From Cyanobacteriota bacterium (lineage in GTDB: Bacteria; Cyanobacteriota; Cyanobacteriia; Thermostichales; Thermostichaceae): a stretch of DNA of 64,000 nucleotides. This document shows positions 62,164 through 64,000 of the stretch, piece after piece. The stretch's first letter is position 1; each line of letters starts with the position of its first letter. Under the pieces are notes generated by a model, which was not told the DNA's origin, did not search any database, and worked only from the letters and a program-made list of their open reading frames with translations. Position numbers and translations under genes: made by a program. The stretch is taken from positions 25,047-89,046 of the forward strand of contig JANRIL010000017.1 in NCBI GenBank assembly GCA_033764955.1, in the 5' to 3' direction.

Positions 62164-63351
62164 TCACAACTCGGAGCTAATGGGTGAAGCCAGCTTTTGA
62201 ATGGCTTCCAACAGGGTAGCGGGATCAAAAGGTTTGGTCAGATACTCCGTCACCCCTAACAGTTGAGCGCGCAACCGATCCAGCAGACCATCTCGCCCTG
62301 TCAACATGACAATCGGAATCTCCCGCAGTTGTTTGGACTGTCGCAACATGCGGCTTAACTCATAGCCATCGATCTCCGGCATGTTCACATCCATCAAAAT
62401 CACCGCCGGACGATTGCGAACCAGGGCGGTTAAGGCTTGGGCGGGTTCCGTAATGCTTAGCACCTCATACCCAGCCATCTGCAAGGTCAACTGCACCTGT
62501 CTTTGTACCGTTTTGCTGTCATCAATGCAGGCAATTACGGTGGCTTTTTGGGGCTTGCGATAGGGCTGCACCGCCGCTCCCCCGCTTTGGATGAGGGGAT
62601 GCAACCAACTGGCGAGGGTTAAGGGATCTGTCTGGAGGGCAACAGCAGCGGCATAAAGGGTGCTGCCTTGGGTGAATAGCCGGATGCCGGTAGACATCTG
62701 CTGGGTACGCAGAAAAGGGGCGAGGCTGGGGTCACTGTTGGCTTGGGATCGTTCCCAATACTCACAGAATTGATCTAGGCGCTGACCATCCAACTCCACC
62801 CGCGAAAAAGAGGAAGGAATCAGGGGACGCATCTGCTCCCAACGACGGCTAGTGCCCCGTACCGAAACCACCACTTCTTTCGAGGGAACCGATAAAACAA
62901 TCGGATCGGGCTGTACCCCTTTGTTGAACTGCAAACTGCCCTTGCTGATGGCTAAAGCCTGAGAGAGGGCATCTTGACTCGAACGCAACAGCAAGCGACG
63001 CAACTCATCGAGGGGAAATTTGCCAGAACGACACCAACGACAGAGATCTTCATATTCAGATTTACTGGGGTCACTGGTCACATCCAATTCGGAGAGGGCG
63101 ATCTGGGGCAAAAAACGCTGCATTAAATAGGGCAAACGCTCCCCTTTACCGGAAGCGCTAGTGGCATAGGAGAGGCGATCAGCGGTCATATAAATTTGCC
63201 AACCCACCGCTGGATCTTCTGTATCTTGAATGGTTAAACATCCTGAAATGCCACGAGTGGACATCTCCTGCAAGACTCGGTAGGCAGAAGCTTGTGCTTT
63301 GGTACTGCTGGTGGAGGATCTGGGATCCGAATCAACTGAGGAGGGAGTCAT
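62164..63351 (-). CDS. PatA-family response regulator (PATAN + REC)
   Basis: ISGCLTI N-terminal domain; IACIDDS, DVNMPEIDG and YLTKPF receiver domain. Confidence 0.9.
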   Translation of the reverse strand: MTPSSVDSDPRSSTSSTKAQASAYRVLQEMSTRGISGCLTIQDTEDPAVGWQIYMTADRLSYATSASGKGERLPYLMQRFLPQIALSELDVTSDPSKSEYEDLCRWCRSGKFPLDELRRLLLRSSQDALSQALAISKGSLQFNKGVQPDPIVLSVPSKEVVVSVRGTSRRWEQMRPLIPSSFSRVELDGQRLDQFCEYWERSQANSDPSLAPFLRTQQMSTGIRLFTQGSTLYAAAVALQTDPLTLASWLHPLIQSGGAAVQPYRKPQKATVIACIDDSKTVQRQVQLTLQMAGYEVLSITEPAQALTALVRNRPAVILMDVNMPEIDGYELSRMLRQSKQLREIPIVMLTGRDGLLDRLRAQLLGVTEYLTKPFDPATLLEAIQKLASPISSEL

Positions 63352-63506
63352 AGCAAGCCCAGGATAAAAATATACAGTCTGCCGTTAAGAACTATTTGGC
63401 CTAGTTGAGTCGAATCATAGCTCAGGCTGAAGCAGATGTAGCTATTGATGCTGACCTCCCGTAGATAAAGGTTAGGAGATATCTGGTTCCGACATCTCTG
63501 CCTTTG

Positions 63507-63541
63507 GCATTTATTGAGCATTTATTGAGCATTTATATTGA
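63507..63541. repeat. Tandem 11-bp repeat upstream of the patA-like gene
   Basis: GCATTTATTGA-GCATTTATTGA-GCATTTATATTGA. Confidence 0.7.
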
Positions 63542-64000
63542 TGTTTGCTTCTGGACACCCCTACCGCCCAACCTTTTTCTCCGATCAACCTAACAACAAC
63601 ACCATCCCTAACAAAATGGGTGAACATTGATGAGGGACATCTCATTGATTGGCAGGAATCAACAGAGGGATCCCTATTTGGGATGACTATATTTAGGATG
63701 ACTATCAATAGTCTGAGGGCAATCAAAAGTAGTAGCTTATACGAATGGAGGTCGATGACAGGACTCCTTGCCTGTAGGCTAGTCGCTAAACCATAAGATC
63801 AGACTATCGCTAGGTAAAGGGCACCCTAAGATTGCGCCTCCCACCCTGTTCTATTGCTAGTCAACAACCCCACCCACAAGGGGATGGGGCTTGTGATTCA
63901 AGTTCCCATCTCTGGGTAGACCACAATAGGCACATTGACTGATGCCCTGAGCTTAAGAAAATCCTCACGAATGTTCACCGCAGCGTTGTAATCTCCATGA

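Noticed and set aside
1..64000. tRNA, rRNA or IS transposase genes
   Set aside because: None were recognised by eye; tRNAscan, Rfam and ISEScan would be needed to exclude them.

Overview
This is a chromosomal window from a cyanobacterium. It carries psbH/psbN, ndhH-A-I-G-E, ycf54 and ycf66. The native DNA is saturated with the palindrome GGGATCCC rather than canonical HIP1 (GCGATCGC), which points to the hot-spring Synechococcus OS-A/OS-B' (Thermostichus) lineage or a relative. Most of the window is housekeeping: pdxA, pdhB, rimP-nusA, lysS, ftsH, tldD/E, dapF, pyrE, a pyrF-pyrE fusion, cyanophycinase and a PatA-CheW-MCP taxis cluster. Three GGGATCCC-free accessory patches stand out. (1) About 20.2-22.8 kb holds an integron-type gene-cassette array on the minus strand with 3-4 attC-like sites and no integrase in the window (CALIN-like). 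It carries a beta-lactamase-family serine hydrolase cassette, a NYN-nuclease cassette and an ORF-less cassette. (2) About 42.6-46.7 kb is an AT-rich polysaccharide export/modification island. (3) About 52.25-52.95 kb is a second, decayed cassette remnant with a nonsense-interrupted membrane-protein gene. Also notable is a PirA-like fusion ORF behind a perfect NtcA box. All calls come from reading the sequence by eye; no database search was run.
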